Positions 6,610 to 15,695 of a stretch of DNA of 32,000 nt are shown in pieces. Within the stretch, counting starts at the first letter, position 1; every line of letters starts with the position of its first letter. The notes under the pieces were generated by a model that was given only the letters and a program-made list of their open reading frames with translations, was not told the DNA's origin and ran no database searches. Location of the stretch: positions 3,090,001-3,122,000 of the forward strand of contig NZ_CP066018.1 of NCBI RefSeq assembly GCF_016127575.1, given 5' to 3'. The DNA comes from Cupriavidus necator. GTDB taxonomy: Bacteria > Pseudomonadota > Gammaproteobacteria > Burkholderiales > Burkholderiaceae. The position numbers and the translations under genes are program-made.

Positions 6610-7236
6610 ATGTTCGGCCGATTCATGCCCACGGAGGGCAAGTTCTTCGAATATTTCAACCAGCATGCCGACTGCGCGGTGACCGCCGCCCATGAGCTCC
6701 AGGCACTGGTCAACGACTTGCCCAACGCCGAGGCCCATGCCCGCCGCGTCCAGGCCACTGAAAAGAAGGCCGACCGGATCACGCACGACACCATCGACCT
6801 GCTCCACAAGACCTTCATCACGCCGCTGGATCGCGACGAGATCCACAAGCTCATCACGACCATGGACGACATCCTGGATCTGATGGAAGACGTGGCCGAG
6901 ACTATCTCGCTGTACGACGTGACCAACCTGACCGACGAAGCGCTGCGCCTGGCGGCCATCTGCGTGCAGTGCTGCGACCAGGTCAAGATCGCGGTGGGCC
7001 TGCTCGAGGACATGGGCAATGCCAGCACCATCCTGAAGACCGCCCAGCAGATCGACCAGCTTGAATCTGAAGCCGACCGCGTGATGCGCTCGGCGATGTC
7101 CAAGCTGTTCCGCGACGAGACCGACGTCAAGCGCCTGATCAAGCTGAAGGCCATCTACGAACAGCTCGAGACGATCACCGACAAGTGCGAGGACGTCGCC
7201 AACATCATCGAAGGCATCGTCCTGGAAAACGCCTGA
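6610..7236 (+). CDS. DUF47 / PhoU-like phosphate transport accessory protein (Pit accessory protein)
   Basis: Internal ATG of the 6463..7236 ORF. MFGRFMPTEGKFFEYFNQHA is a typical DUF47 (TIGR00153-type) start. About 208 aa, helical. Lies immediately upstream of a PiT transporter, which is the conserved pairing. Confidence 0.85.
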   Translation: MFGRFMPTEGKFFEYFNQHADCAVTAAHELQALVNDLPNAEAHARRVQATEKKADRITHDTIDLLHKTFITPLDRDEIHKLITTMDDILDLMEDVAETISLYDVTNLTDEALRLAAICVQCCDQVKIAVGLLEDMGNASTILKTAQQIDQLESEADRVMRSAMSKLFRDETDVKRLIKLKAIYEQLETITDKCEDVANIIEGIVLENA

Positions 7237-7249
7237 GGCGGCAATCGGC

Positions 7250-8257
7250 ATGCAGACCATACAAATGAGCCTGTGGGTGATCGCCTTGCTGGTGGCGCTC
7301 GCGCTGCTGTTCGACTTCATGAACGGCTTCCACGACGCGGCCAACTCGATCGCCACGGTGGTGTCCACCGGCGTGCTCAAGCCGCACCATGCGGTGGCAA
7401 TGGCGGCGATGTGCAACGTCGTCGCAATCTTTGTCTTTCACCTGAAGGTGGCGGCCACGGTGGGGACCGGCACCATCGACGTCAATATCGTCGACCACTA
7501 CGTGATATTCGGGGCCCTGGTCGGGGCGATCGCCTGGAACGTCATCACCTGGTATTACGGCATCCCGTCGTCGTCGTCGCATGCGCTGATCGGCGGGCTG
7601 GTGGGTGCGGCGGTGGCCAAGGCCGGCACGGGCGCGCTGGTGGGCAGCGGCCTGCTGAAGACCGTGGCGTTCATCCTGGTCTCGCCGTTGCTGGGCTTCC
7701 TGCTCGGTTCGCTGATGATGGTGATGGTGGGCTGGACCTTCTTCCGCACGCCGCCGTCGCGGGTGGACCGCTGGTTCCGCCGGCTGCAGCTGGTTTCGGC
7801 CTCGCTGTACAGCCTGGGCCACGGCGGCAATGACGCGCAGAAGACCATCGGCATCATCTGGATGCTGCTGATTGCCAGCGGCCATGTGGTCGCCGGCGGC
7901 CAGCCACCGACCTGGGTGATCGTCAGCTGCTACGTGGCCATCGGCATGGGCACGCTGTTCGGCGGCTGGCGGATCGTGCGCACCATGGGCCAGAAGATCA
8001 CCAAGCTCAAGCCGGTCGGCGGCTTCTGCGCCGAGACGGGCGGGGCGATTACGCTGTTCTTTGCCTCGGCGCTGGGCGTGCCGGTATCGACCACGCATAC
8101 CATCACCGGCGCCATCGTCGGCGTCGGCTCGGCGCAGAAGATGTCGGCGGTGCGCTGGGGCGTGGCCGGCAATATCGTCTGGGCCTGGGTGCTGACGATC
8201 CCGGCGTCGGCCTTCATGGCGGCGATCGCATGGTGGATCGGGCGGCATATCCTGTAA
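7250..8257 (+). CDS. pit: Inorganic phosphate transporter, PiT family
   Basis: 335 aa polytopic membrane protein. FDFMNGFHDAANSIATVVST and the GHGGNDAQKT repeat motifs are typical of PiT. Confidence 0.92.
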   Translation: MQTIQMSLWVIALLVALALLFDFMNGFHDAANSIATVVSTGVLKPHHAVAMAAMCNVVAIFVFHLKVAATVGTGTIDVNIVDHYVIFGALVGAIAWNVITWYYGIPSSSSHALIGGLVGAAVAKAGTGALVGSGLLKTVAFILVSPLLGFLLGSLMMVMVGWTFFRTPPSRVDRWFRRLQLVSASLYSLGHGGNDAQKTIGIIWMLLIASGHVVAGGQPPTWVIVSCYVAIGMGTLFGGWRIVRTMGQKITKLKPVGGFCAETGGAITLFFASALGVPVSTTHTITGAIVGVGSAQKMSAVRWGVAGNIVWAWVLTIPASAFMAAIAWWIGRHIL

Positions 8258-8281
8258 GGCAGGGGCCGCCGTACCAACAAG

Positions 8282-8310
8282 AAGCCAGGCTGATGCCTGG
8301 CTTTTTGTTT
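8282..8310. terminator. Bidirectional rho-independent terminator between convergent pit and the NlpC/P60 gene
   Basis: AAGCCAGGC-tgat-GCCTGGCTT is followed by TTTGTTT. An A-rich stretch (aacaagaa) on the other side serves the opposite strand. Confidence 0.8.
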
Positions 8311-8317
8311 GGGCGCT

Positions 8318-8995
8318 TCACTGGTTGGCGAAGGCCGCGATGGGATCGTCGTCTACCCCAAGCGGTGCCGAGGCCGGCGCCGGCTCAGGCAGCGGTGGCG
8401 CGGCCGGGGCTGCCACTGGCGCGGGCGGCTGGTTGACCGCCGCGACCACGCGGCGCGCGCCGTTGTAGCGCGAGGCCCAGTAAGGCTTGCCCATGTCTTC
8501 GAGACGGACCGTGCCGCCGGACGACGGTGCATGGACAAAGCGGTTCTGTCCGACGTAGATGCCCACGTGCGAATTGGCGCGGCCGGTGGTGTTGAAGAAC
8601 ACCAGGTCGCCGGATGCCACTTCGCTGCGGTCCAGCGAGCTGCCGCGGACGCCCATCGCCTCGGTGGTGCGCGGCAGGTTCACATTGGCCGCGCGCGACA
8701 CCACGTAGCGCACCAGCCCGCTGCAGTCGAAGCCGGAGTCCGGTGTATTGCCGCCGTAGCGATAGGGTGTGCCGACCAGGGACATCGCCTGGATCGAAAT
8801 CTCTTCCAGTCCGGCGCTGGGGTCGATCATGGGTTTGCCCGGCGTCCGCGGCAGGCCGGCGTGGCGCGAAGACGGGGAACTGGCGCAGGCCGCCAGCAGC
8901 AGGGCGGTGGCGCAGAGCAGCGGCAGCCGGACCTGGGCAAGCAGGCCCTGCGCACGCAGTGGATGGGTAGGGATTCGGGTACGGCGCAATGGCAT
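8318..8995 (-). CDS. NlpC/P60 family peptidoglycan endopeptidase lipoprotein
   Basis: Signal peptide with lipobox LLLAAC. NlpC/P60 core GTPYRYGGNTPDSGFDCSGLVRYV...HVGIYVG..FVHAP (Cys/His). Pro/Ala-rich C-terminal tail. The start is taken at ATG 8995. A GTG at 9028 is an alternative. Confidence 0.88.
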   Translation of the reverse strand: MPLRRTRIPTHPLRAQGLLAQVRLPLLCATALLLAACASSPSSRHAGLPRTPGKPMIDPSAGLEEISIQAMSLVGTPYRYGGNTPDSGFDCSGLVRYVVSRAANVNLPRTTEAMGVRGSSLDRSEVASGDLVFFNTTGRANSHVGIYVGQNRFVHAPSSGGTVRLEDMGKPYWASRYNGARRVVAAVNQPPAPVAAPAAPPLPEPAPASAPLGVDDDPIAAFANQ

Positions 8996-9042
8996 CCTGG
9001 GTTTCCGGTCGCCGGCCTGCCGGCGCACCGGAAGCCTTGCCG

Positions 9043-9504
9043 CTACCAGCGTAGCTGGGCGTTGCGCGTACCGGTGCTGACCTTGATGGACTTGGCCTGG
9101 CCCTTGTAACTGGCCTCGATATTGTAGCTGCCTTCGGGCGCACGTATCAGGCAGCGCGGGCCGGCGGCGCGGAAGCTGGCGACTTCCTGCCCGTCGCGCA
9201 TCAGCCGGACCGCCACGTCCGACAGGAATTCACCGTTCGCACCCTGGGTGAACAGGATGCCCATGTTGAAGTCCTTTTCCTTCGCGGCCAGCGCCTGGCG
9301 CTCGTCCTCGGCGACACCGCCGCAGACGTAGCTGACCGGGCCCATGGTGCGGATCACCATTTCTTCGGCGGCGGCATGGGCCGGGCGCCAGCTGGCGGCC
9401 AGCGCCATGCCGGCGGCTGCCAGCATGGCCAGTGCAAGGCGCTGCCTGTGCTGGCTGTGGGCGACGGCAGGCGCATGCCCGCCGGGCAGATGCTGGGTAT
9501 TCAT
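9043..9504 (-). CDS. Exported protein of unknown function (small beta-rich domain)
   Basis: 153 aa. GGAGG lies 5 nt before the ATG. N-terminal signal ...RLALAMLAAAGMALAASWRPAHA. Mature part ~110 aa. No family assigned with confidence. Confidence 0.6.
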   Translation of the reverse strand: MNTQHLPGGHAPAVAHSQHRQRLALAMLAAAGMALAASWRPAHAAAEEMVIRTMGPVSYVCGGVAEDERQALAAKEKDFNMGILFTQGANGEFLSDVAVRLMRDGQEVASFRAAGPRCLIRAPEGSYNIEASYKGQAKSIKVSTGTRNAQLRW

Positions 9505-9592
9505 CGACGCCTCCAGTGGGGATGCGGGGCAACGGCAAACATGGGGCCATCATAGCCCCAAAGTGCTTGCCGTTGACGACGGTGCTCAGGCG

Positions 9593-9631
9593 CTGCGGGC
9601 GCGCCCCGCCACCGGCAGGGCGCGCCCGCAG
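9593..9631 (-). terminator. 14-bp GC-rich hairpin just downstream of the PhoH-like gene stop (no U tract)
   Basis: CTGCGGGCGCGCCC-cgccaccggca-GGGCGCGCCCGCAG lies 10 nt beyond the stop at 9642-9644. The lack of a T run makes intrinsic termination uncertain. Confidence 0.35.
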
Positions 9632-9641
9632 GTTGCCGGTG

Positions 9642-11345
9642 TCAGAGCACGTCGCCGGCGTGGTCGGCCAGGCGCGAGCGTTCGCCGCGCGCCAGCGTGA
9701 TATGGCCGCTGTGGCTCCAGCCCTTGAAGCGGTCGACCACGTAGGTCAGGCCCGACGAACCCTCGGTCAGGTACGGCGTGTCGATCTGCGCGATATTGCC
9801 CAGGCAGATGATCTTGGTACCCGGGCCCGCGCGCGTCACCAGCGTCTTCATCTGCTTGGGCGTCAGGTTCTGTGCCTCGTCGATGATGACGAACTTGTTG
9901 ACGAAGGTGCGCCCGCGCATGAAGTTCATGCTCTTGACCTTGATGCGCGACCGGATCAGCTCCTGCGTGGCGGCGCGTCCCCAGTCGCCGGCGCTGTCGT
10001 CGCTCTTCTGCAGCACCTCGAGGTTGTCGTCGAACGCGCCCATCCAGGGCTGCATCTTCTCTTCCTCGGTGCCGGGCAGGAAGCCGATGTCTTCGCCCAC
10101 CGGCACCGTCGCGCGCGTGACGATGATCTCGTTGTACTGCTTCTGGTCCAGCACCTGTTCCAGCCCGGCTGCCAGCGCCAGCAGGGTCTTGCCGGTGCCG
10201 GCCTGGCCGAGCAGCGTGACGAAGTCGATGTCCGGGTTCATCAGCAGGTTGAGCGCGAAGTTCTGCTCGCGGTTGCGGGCGGTCACGCTCCACACATTGT
10301 TCTTGTGGTGCGTGTAGTCCTTGAGGGTCTGCAGCAGCGCGGTCTTGCCGTTGATCTCCTTGACCTGCGCGTACAGCGGCAGGCTGCCGTCGACCGGTTC
10401 CAGGTAGACGAACTGGTTGACCAGGAACGACGGCACCAGCGGCCCGGTGAGCCGGTAGAACATGGCGCCTGACTTCGGGTCCTGCCAGCTTTCCACGCCC
10501 TTGCCGTGCCTGGTCCAGAAGTCGCCGGGCAGCTGCAGCACGCCGGCATAGAGCAGGTCCTTGTCTTCCAGGACCTGGTCGTTGAAGTAGTCTTCGGCCG
10601 GCAGGCCCAGTGCGCGCGCCTTGATGCGCATGTTGATGTCTTTCGACACCAGCACGACCTGGCGCTCGGGGTACTGCTGCTGCAGCGCGCTGACCACGCC
10701 CAGGATCTGGTTGTCGGCCTTGCCCTGCGGCAGGCCTTCAGGCAGCTTGATGTCGTTCAGGCGCGTCTGGAAGAACAGCTTGCCCTGCGCGTCGCGGTTG
10801 CCCAGCTTGGCCAGCGGCAGGCCTTCGTCGAGCACGCCGTCGGTGCCGCCCACCAGCGAATCGAGCGTGCGGCTGACCATGCGCGCGTTGCGCGCGACTT
10901 CGCTCATGCCCTTCTTGTGGTTGTCCAGCTCTTCGAGCGTCATCATCGGCAGATAGATGTCGTGTTCCTCGAAGCGGAACAGCGAGGCCGGGTCGTGCAT
11001 CAGCACGTTGGTGTCGAGCACGAACAGCTTGCTCGGGCCTTCGGACTTGCGGGCGCGGCGCGTGGGGCCGGTGGACGGCTTGACCAGGCTGACCGGTGCG
11101 GCATTGACGGCAGGCGTCGATACGGCCGGGGTCTCGGTGCTGCGGGCACGGGTGCCACCGGCGGCGCGGGCCTGGACCTCAGGCACCTCGGTGTCGCCGG
11201 TTTCCAGCAATGCCACGCGCTCGAGCGCCGGCACAGGTTTCTTGCCCTGTGTGGCGGCTTTGGCCTTGGGCACCGCGGAGACCGGAGCAAACTCGCTCGG
11301 ATCCAGCAATTGGGCAGGCTTGGCGGGCATGGTAGGCAGCGGCAT
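9642..11345 (-). CDS. PIN-domain plus PhoH-like ATPase (YlaK-type PhoH family protein)
   Basis: PIN signature KLFVLDTNVLMHDP...LEELD. PhoH-like P-loop LLGQAGTGKTLLALA and FVIIDEAQNLT. The start is taken at ATG 11345, preceded by AAGGAAA. The first ~105 aa are low-complexity (A/P/T/K-rich), so a later non-ATG start cannot be excluded. Confidence 0.85.
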   Translation of the reverse strand: MPLPTMPAKPAQLLDPSEFAPVSAVPKAKAATQGKKPVPALERVALLETGDTEVPEVQARAAGGTRARSTETPAVSTPAVNAAPVSLVKPSTGPTRRARKSEGPSKLFVLDTNVLMHDPASLFRFEEHDIYLPMMTLEELDNHKKGMSEVARNARMVSRTLDSLVGGTDGVLDEGLPLAKLGNRDAQGKLFFQTRLNDIKLPEGLPQGKADNQILGVVSALQQQYPERQVVLVSKDINMRIKARALGLPAEDYFNDQVLEDKDLLYAGVLQLPGDFWTRHGKGVESWQDPKSGAMFYRLTGPLVPSFLVNQFVYLEPVDGSLPLYAQVKEINGKTALLQTLKDYTHHKNNVWSVTARNREQNFALNLLMNPDIDFVTLLGQAGTGKTLLALAAGLEQVLDQKQYNEIIVTRATVPVGEDIGFLPGTEEEKMQPWMGAFDDNLEVLQKSDDSAGDWGRAATQELIRSRIKVKSMNFMRGRTFVNKFVIIDEAQNLTPKQMKTLVTRAGPGTKIICLGNIAQIDTPYLTEGSSGLTYVVDRFKGWSHSGHITLARGERSRLADHAGDVL

Positions 11346-11492
11346 GCTTGGCTTTCCTTTCAGGGGGACAAGAAGGGGGCGAGGGTATCCGTGCCGCGAC
11401 GCCGCGATACGTCGGAGACGGCGTGGCGACCGATGGCCGGGGCATGCATGCGCGAGGCTCCCGGCGCGGACAGGCATGAGGACAGACGCGGT

Positions 11493-11537
11493 TGCAAACA
11501 AAAAAGCCGCCATGCCTGCATAACAGGATTGGCGGCT
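11493..11537 (-). terminator. Rho-independent terminator (minus-strand orientation) about 220 nt downstream of bcp
   Basis: The minus strand reads AGCCGCCA-(17 nt with an inner CCTG/CAGG stem)-TGGCGGCT followed by TTTTTTGTTTG. Confidence 0.65.
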
Positions 11538-11758
11538 CTTTTGCGGACTGCCGACACGGCAGGTCCGCTACCGGCCTGTGGCGCGAACCGCCTGGGCCGG
11601 GGAGTCGAAACAGCGTGGCATCCGGAATCTGAACTCATTACGGGCCAATGTATCCGAAGGTTTTGGGTTTGGCAATTGGGTTTGCCAACGGCGTGTTGCG
11701 ACACAGCACGGCCGGGCTGGCGTCCGTGTCGTGGCAAGGCCGATACCGACGCGATACC

Positions 11759-12223
11759 TCAGAGCCCGCGCACGATTTCCAGGACTTCGTCAACATGGTT
11801 CGGCACCTTGATGCCGCGCAGCTCGTGGCGCAGGATGCCCTTGCCGTCGATGATGAAGGTGCTGCGCTCGATGCCCCGGTGCTCCTTGCCATAGAGCTTT
11901 TTCAGCTTGATGACATCGAACAGCGTGCACACGGCTTCGTCGGCGTCGGAGATCAGCTCGAAGGGCAGCTCAAGCTTGGCCTTGAAGTTCTCGTGCGAGC
12001 GGATGCTGTCGCGCGAGATGCCGAACACCTGCACGCCGGCCTTTTGGAAGTCCTCATACTGGTCGCGGAAGTTCATGGCCTCCGTGGTGCAACCCGGCGT
12101 GTTGTCCTTCGGGTAGAAGTACAGCACCACCGTCTTGCCGCGGTAGTCGGCAAGGCGGAAGGTGGCGTCGCCGGTCATCGGCGCGCTGAAGTCGGGTACG
12201 GCCTTGTTCAGACTGACGGTCAT
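11759..12223 (-). CDS. bcp: Peroxiredoxin Bcp (thiol peroxidase, AhpC/TSA family)
   Basis: Internal ATG at 12223 preceded by AGGAG. The product MTVSLNKAVPDF...VVLYFYPKDNTPGCTTEA carries the peroxidatic Cys motif PGCT. About 154 aa. Confidence 0.9.
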   Translation of the reverse strand: MTVSLNKAVPDFSAPMTGDATFRLADYRGKTVVLYFYPKDNTPGCTTEAMNFRDQYEDFQKAGVQVFGISRDSIRSHENFKAKLELPFELISDADEAVCTLFDVIKLKKLYGKEHRGIERSTFIIDGKGILRHELRGIKVPNHVDEVLEIVRGL

Positions 12224-12350
12224 GCTTGTGGCTCCTGGGGGAGGGGCAGGGGGATCGGGAGAATCGGGTGAGGGGGCTGCCACCTTGGCGGGGCAGATTG
12301 GGGCGCCCTGCCGGACTTCAAGCGTGGCGCCGGCTCAACTTTTGCAAAGA

Positions 12351-12734
12351 TCAGGCGGCTTCCGCTTCGAGCAGCAGCACCGCCGCCACCTTGCGGCCTT
12401 CCGCCATCAGGATGTTGTAGGTGCGGCAGGCGGCCTGCAGGTCCATGGCGTCCACCCCGACATGGCGGCGCGACAGCGACGCGGTCAGGCGCGGGTGCGG
12501 GAAGCGCAGCCGCGAGCCGGTGCCGAGCAGCACCACTTCGGGGCCGAGTTCCACCAGCTGCTCGAAATGCGCAGGCTCCAGGTCTTCGAAGCGGCTGACC
12601 GGCCAGGGCCGGACCTCGCCCTCGGGCATGACCAGGACCGAGTTGGTGTGACGGACGAGGTTGATCTCGATGTAGCCCGGCCCGTAGGCCGTGACGGTAT
12701 TGAGCGATTGGGGCTGGTCGGCGTGGAGTTTCAC
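12351..12734 (-). CDS. Mth938-like (DUF498) domain protein
   Basis: The C-terminal 127 aa of the 12351..12995 ORF look Mth938-like (GPEVVLLGTGSRLRFPHP...GVDAMDLQAACRTYNILMAEGRKVAAVLL). The start is taken at GTG 12734, preceded by AGAGG. The upstream part of the ORF is Arg/Pro-rich junk. Confidence 0.7.
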   Translation of the reverse strand: MKLHADQPQSLNTVTAYGPGYIEINLVRHTNSVLVMPEGEVRPWPVSRFEDLEPAHFEQLVELGPEVVLLGTGSRLRFPHPRLTASLSRRHVGVDAMDLQAACRTYNILMAEGRKVAAVLLLEAEAA

Positions 12735-12871
12735 TTGGAGGCCTCTGCGGCGGCCGCCACGGGCTGGCGGGCCGGCCCGTGGGGCGGATGGCCGGCACCC
12801 CGGGCGGGTACGGTGTGGGCGACAGGATGGACGACAGTGCGCAGGCACCTGGCGTGTGCGCGGCAAGCGCA

Positions 12872-12966
12872 CGCTGCAATGCAAGAATCCCTGCCGAAGT
12901 CTGTCATAATCCGATAAATTATAGCTTTTGCCTCCCTGTCTGCCACGTTCGCGTTGCATTGCAGCG
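12872..12966. repeat. 13-bp perfect inverted repeat (CGCTGCAATGCAA ... TTGCATTGCAGCG) flanking a 69-bp A/T-richer core
   Basis: Arms are at 12872-12884 and 12954-12966. The core contains CATAAT and TTATAG -10-like hexamers. It lies in the divergent intergenic region between the Mth938-like gene and alaA. Confidence 0.6.
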
Positions 12967-13078
12967 GACGTCGCCCCGGCGCGGGGCTTCCGCACGGGGC
13001 TTCGGCATTAATTCAGATTCGCCCAGATTCCCTGTCCGGTGCCGCCGACGCGGCACGCTACGCTTGCCCGACATCGCC

Positions 13079-14314
13079 GTGAAACCCATCCAGAAATCCA
13101 ACAAACTCAATAACGTTTGCTACGACATCCGCGGACCGGTGCTGGAAAAGGCCAAGCAGATGGAGGAAGAAGGGCACAAGATCATCAAGCTGAATATCGG
13201 CAACCTGGCCGTGTTCGGCTTTGACGCGCCGGAAGAGATTCAGCAGGACATGATGCGAAACCTGCCGAATTCGGCAGGTTATTCTGATTCCAAGGGCATT
13301 TTCGCCGCACGCAAGGCGATCATGCACTATACCCAGCAAAAAAATATCGAAGGCGTTGGCCTGGACGATATATATGTGGGCAACGGTGCCTCCGAACTGA
13401 TCGTGATGGCCGTCAACGCGCTGCTCAATGCCGGCGACGAAGTGCTGGTGCCGGCGCCGGACTACCCGCTGTGGACCGCCGCGGTGAGCCTCTCGGGCGG
13501 CACGCCGGTGCACTATATCTGCGACGAGTCCAACGACTGGATGCCCGATCCGGCCGATATCCGCGCCCGTATCACGCCGCATACCAAGGCCATCGTCATC
13601 ATCAACCCGAACAACCCCACCGGGGCGCTGTATTCGGACGAGCTGCTGCTCGAGATCGTCGCCATCGCGCGCGAGCACGGCCTGATCATCTATGCCGACG
13701 AGATCTACGACAAGGTCCTGTACGACGGCCACACCCACACCTCGATCGCCTCGCTCTCGACCGACGTGCTGACCGTGACCTTCAACGGCCTGTCGAAGAA
13801 CTACCGCTCATGCGGCTACCGCGCCGGCTGGATGGTGGTGTCGGGCGACAAGCGCCCGGCCATCGACTATATCGAAGGCCTGAACATGCTGTCGTCGATG
13901 CGCCTGTGCGCCAACGTTCCGGGCCAGTGGGCGATCCAGACCGCGCTGGGCGGCTACCAGAGCATCAACGACCTGGTCAATGAAGGCGGACGCCTGCGCC
14001 GCCAGCGCGACCTGGCCTACGAGCTGATCACCGCGATCCCGGGTGTTACCTGCGTCAAGCCCAAGGCGGCGCTGTACCTGTTCCCCAAGCTCGACCTGTC
14101 GATGTACCCGGTGCAGGACGACCAGGAGTTCATCTACGAACTGCTGCAGGAGTCCAAGGTGCTGCTGGTGCAGGGCTCGGGCTTCAACTGGGCCAAGCCC
14201 GATCATTTCCGCATCGTGTTCCTGCCGCACGAGGAAGACCTGCGCGAGGCCATCGGCCGCATCGCGCGCTTCCTCGAGGCGTACCGAAAACGCCACGGCA
14301 AGGCAGCGGCCTGA
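13079..14314 (+). CDS. alaA: Alanine/glutamate-pyruvate aminotransferase (class I PLP aminotransferase, AlaA-like)
   Basis: From the GTG at 13079 the product (V/M)KPIQKSNKLNNVCYDIRGPVLEKAKQMEEEGHKIIKLNIGN... runs nearly collinear with E. coli AlaA (YfbQ) as I remember it. This includes IINPNNPTG and the PLP-lysine region FNGLSKNYRSCGYR. The RBS is poor and the start is uncertain by a few codons (TTG 13064 is the alternative). Confidence 0.88.
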   Translation: MKPIQKSNKLNNVCYDIRGPVLEKAKQMEEEGHKIIKLNIGNLAVFGFDAPEEIQQDMMRNLPNSAGYSDSKGIFAARKAIMHYTQQKNIEGVGLDDIYVGNGASELIVMAVNALLNAGDEVLVPAPDYPLWTAAVSLSGGTPVHYICDESNDWMPDPADIRARITPHTKAIVIINPNNPTGALYSDELLLEIVAIAREHGLIIYADEIYDKVLYDGHTHTSIASLSTDVLTVTFNGLSKNYRSCGYRAGWMVVSGDKRPAIDYIEGLNMLSSMRLCANVPGQWAIQTALGGYQSINDLVNEGGRLRRQRDLAYELITAIPGVTCVKPKAALYLFPKLDLSMYPVQDDQEFIYELLQESKVLLVQGSGFNWAKPDHFRIVFLPHEEDLREAIGRIARFLEAYRKRHGKAAA

Positions 14315-14363
14315 TTTCGCGGGCCGCGCCGCAATTCATCCTTAGCAACTCAGAAGATTGTCC

Positions 14364-15674
14364 ATGAACCCCATCAAAGTTGGCCTGCTCGGCATCGGTA
14401 CCGTCGGTAGCGGCACGTTCAACGTGCTCAAGCGCAATCAGGAAGAAATTCGTCGCCGCGCCGGCCGCGGCATCGAGATTGCCGTGGTGGCCGATCTCAA
14501 CACCGAACGCGCGCGCGAACTGACCAACGGGGAAGTGGAGATCGTCAGCGACGCCAACGAGGTGGTCAGCCGCCCGGACATCGATATCGTCATCGAACTG
14601 ATCGGCGGCTACGGCATCGCGCGTGAGCTGGTGCTCAAGGCGATCGAGAACGGCAAGCACGTGGTCACCGCCAACAAGGCGCTGCTGGCCGTGCACGGCA
14701 ACGAGATCTTCGAAGCCGCGCGCAAGAAGGGCGTGATCGTCGCCTTCGAAGCCGCGGTGGCCGGCGGCATCCCCATCATCAAGGCGCTGCGCGAGGGCCT
14801 GACCGCCAACCGCATCCAGTGGATCGCCGGCATCATCAACGGCACCACCAACTTCATCCTGTCCGAGATGCGCGACAAGGGCCTCGATTTCGACGTGGTG
14901 CTGAAGGAAGCCCAGCAGCTCGGCTACGCCGAAGCCGACCCGACCTTCGACATCGAAGGCGTCGATGCCGCGCACAAGGTCACGCTGATGAGCGCGATCG
15001 CCTTCGGCATGCCGGTGCAGTTCGACAAGGCCCACGTGGAAGGCATCACCAAGCTGTCAGCCATCGACATCAAGTACGCCGAGGAACTGGGCTACCGCAT
15101 CAAGCTGCTGGGCATCACCCGCCGCCGCGACGACGGTGTCGAGCTGCGCGTGCATCCGACGCTGGTGCCGGCCTCGCGCCTGATCGCCAACGTCGAAGGC
15201 GCGATGAACGCGGTGCTGGTGCAGGGCGACGCCGTGGGCGCGACGCTCTACTACGGCAAGGGTGCCGGCGCCGAGCCGACCGCCTCGGCCGTGATCGCTG
15301 ACCTGGTCGACGTGACCCGCCTGCACACCGCCGATCCCAACCACCGCGTGCCGCACCTGGCGTTCCAGCCGGACGAGCTGTCGAGCGTGCCGGTGCTGCC
15401 GATCGAAGAGATCAACAGCTCGTACTACCTGCGCATGCGCGTGGCCGACGAGACCGGCGTGCTGGCCGAGATCACCCGCATCCTGGCCGAGGGCGGCATC
15501 TCGATCGACGCCATGCTGCAGAAGGAATCGCGCGAGGGCGAGCCGCAGACCGACATCATCATCCTCACGCACATCACGCGCGAGAAGCACGTCAACGCGG
15601 CGATCGCCAAGATCGAGGCGCTGCCCACCGTGCTGTCCGCCGTGACGCGCCTGCGCATGGAAGAACTGAACTAA
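14364..15674 (+). CDS. hom: Homoserine dehydrogenase (with C-terminal ACT domain)
   Basis: MNPIKVGLLGIGTVGSG Rossmann N-terminus. Catalytic region GIINGTTNFILSEM...EADPTFDIEG.DAAHK. C-terminal ACT-like YYLRMRVADETGVLAEITRILAE. Confidence 0.95.
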   Translation: MNPIKVGLLGIGTVGSGTFNVLKRNQEEIRRRAGRGIEIAVVADLNTERARELTNGEVEIVSDANEVVSRPDIDIVIELIGGYGIARELVLKAIENGKHVVTANKALLAVHGNEIFEAARKKGVIVAFEAAVAGGIPIIKALREGLTANRIQWIAGIINGTTNFILSEMRDKGLDFDVVLKEAQQLGYAEADPTFDIEGVDAAHKVTLMSAIAFGMPVQFDKAHVEGITKLSAIDIKYAEELGYRIKLLGITRRRDDGVELRVHPTLVPASRLIANVEGAMNAVLVQGDAVGATLYYGKGAGAEPTASAVIADLVDVTRLHTADPNHRVPHLAFQPDELSSVPVLPIEEINSSYYLRMRVADETGVLAEITRILAEGGISIDAMLQKESREGEPQTDIIILTHITREKHVNAAIAKIEALPTVLSAVTRLRMEELN

Positions 15675-15695
15675 GGGCCGGACCTGCTGATTCAC

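Noticed and set aside
11670-11686. Sigma-54 promoter (TGGCA-N-TTGC) in the bcp/phoH-like spacer
   Set aside because: The GG-to-GC spacing is 13 instead of the strictly conserved 12 on both strands, and the minus-strand terminator at 11493-11537 would block transcription toward the PhoH-like gene.
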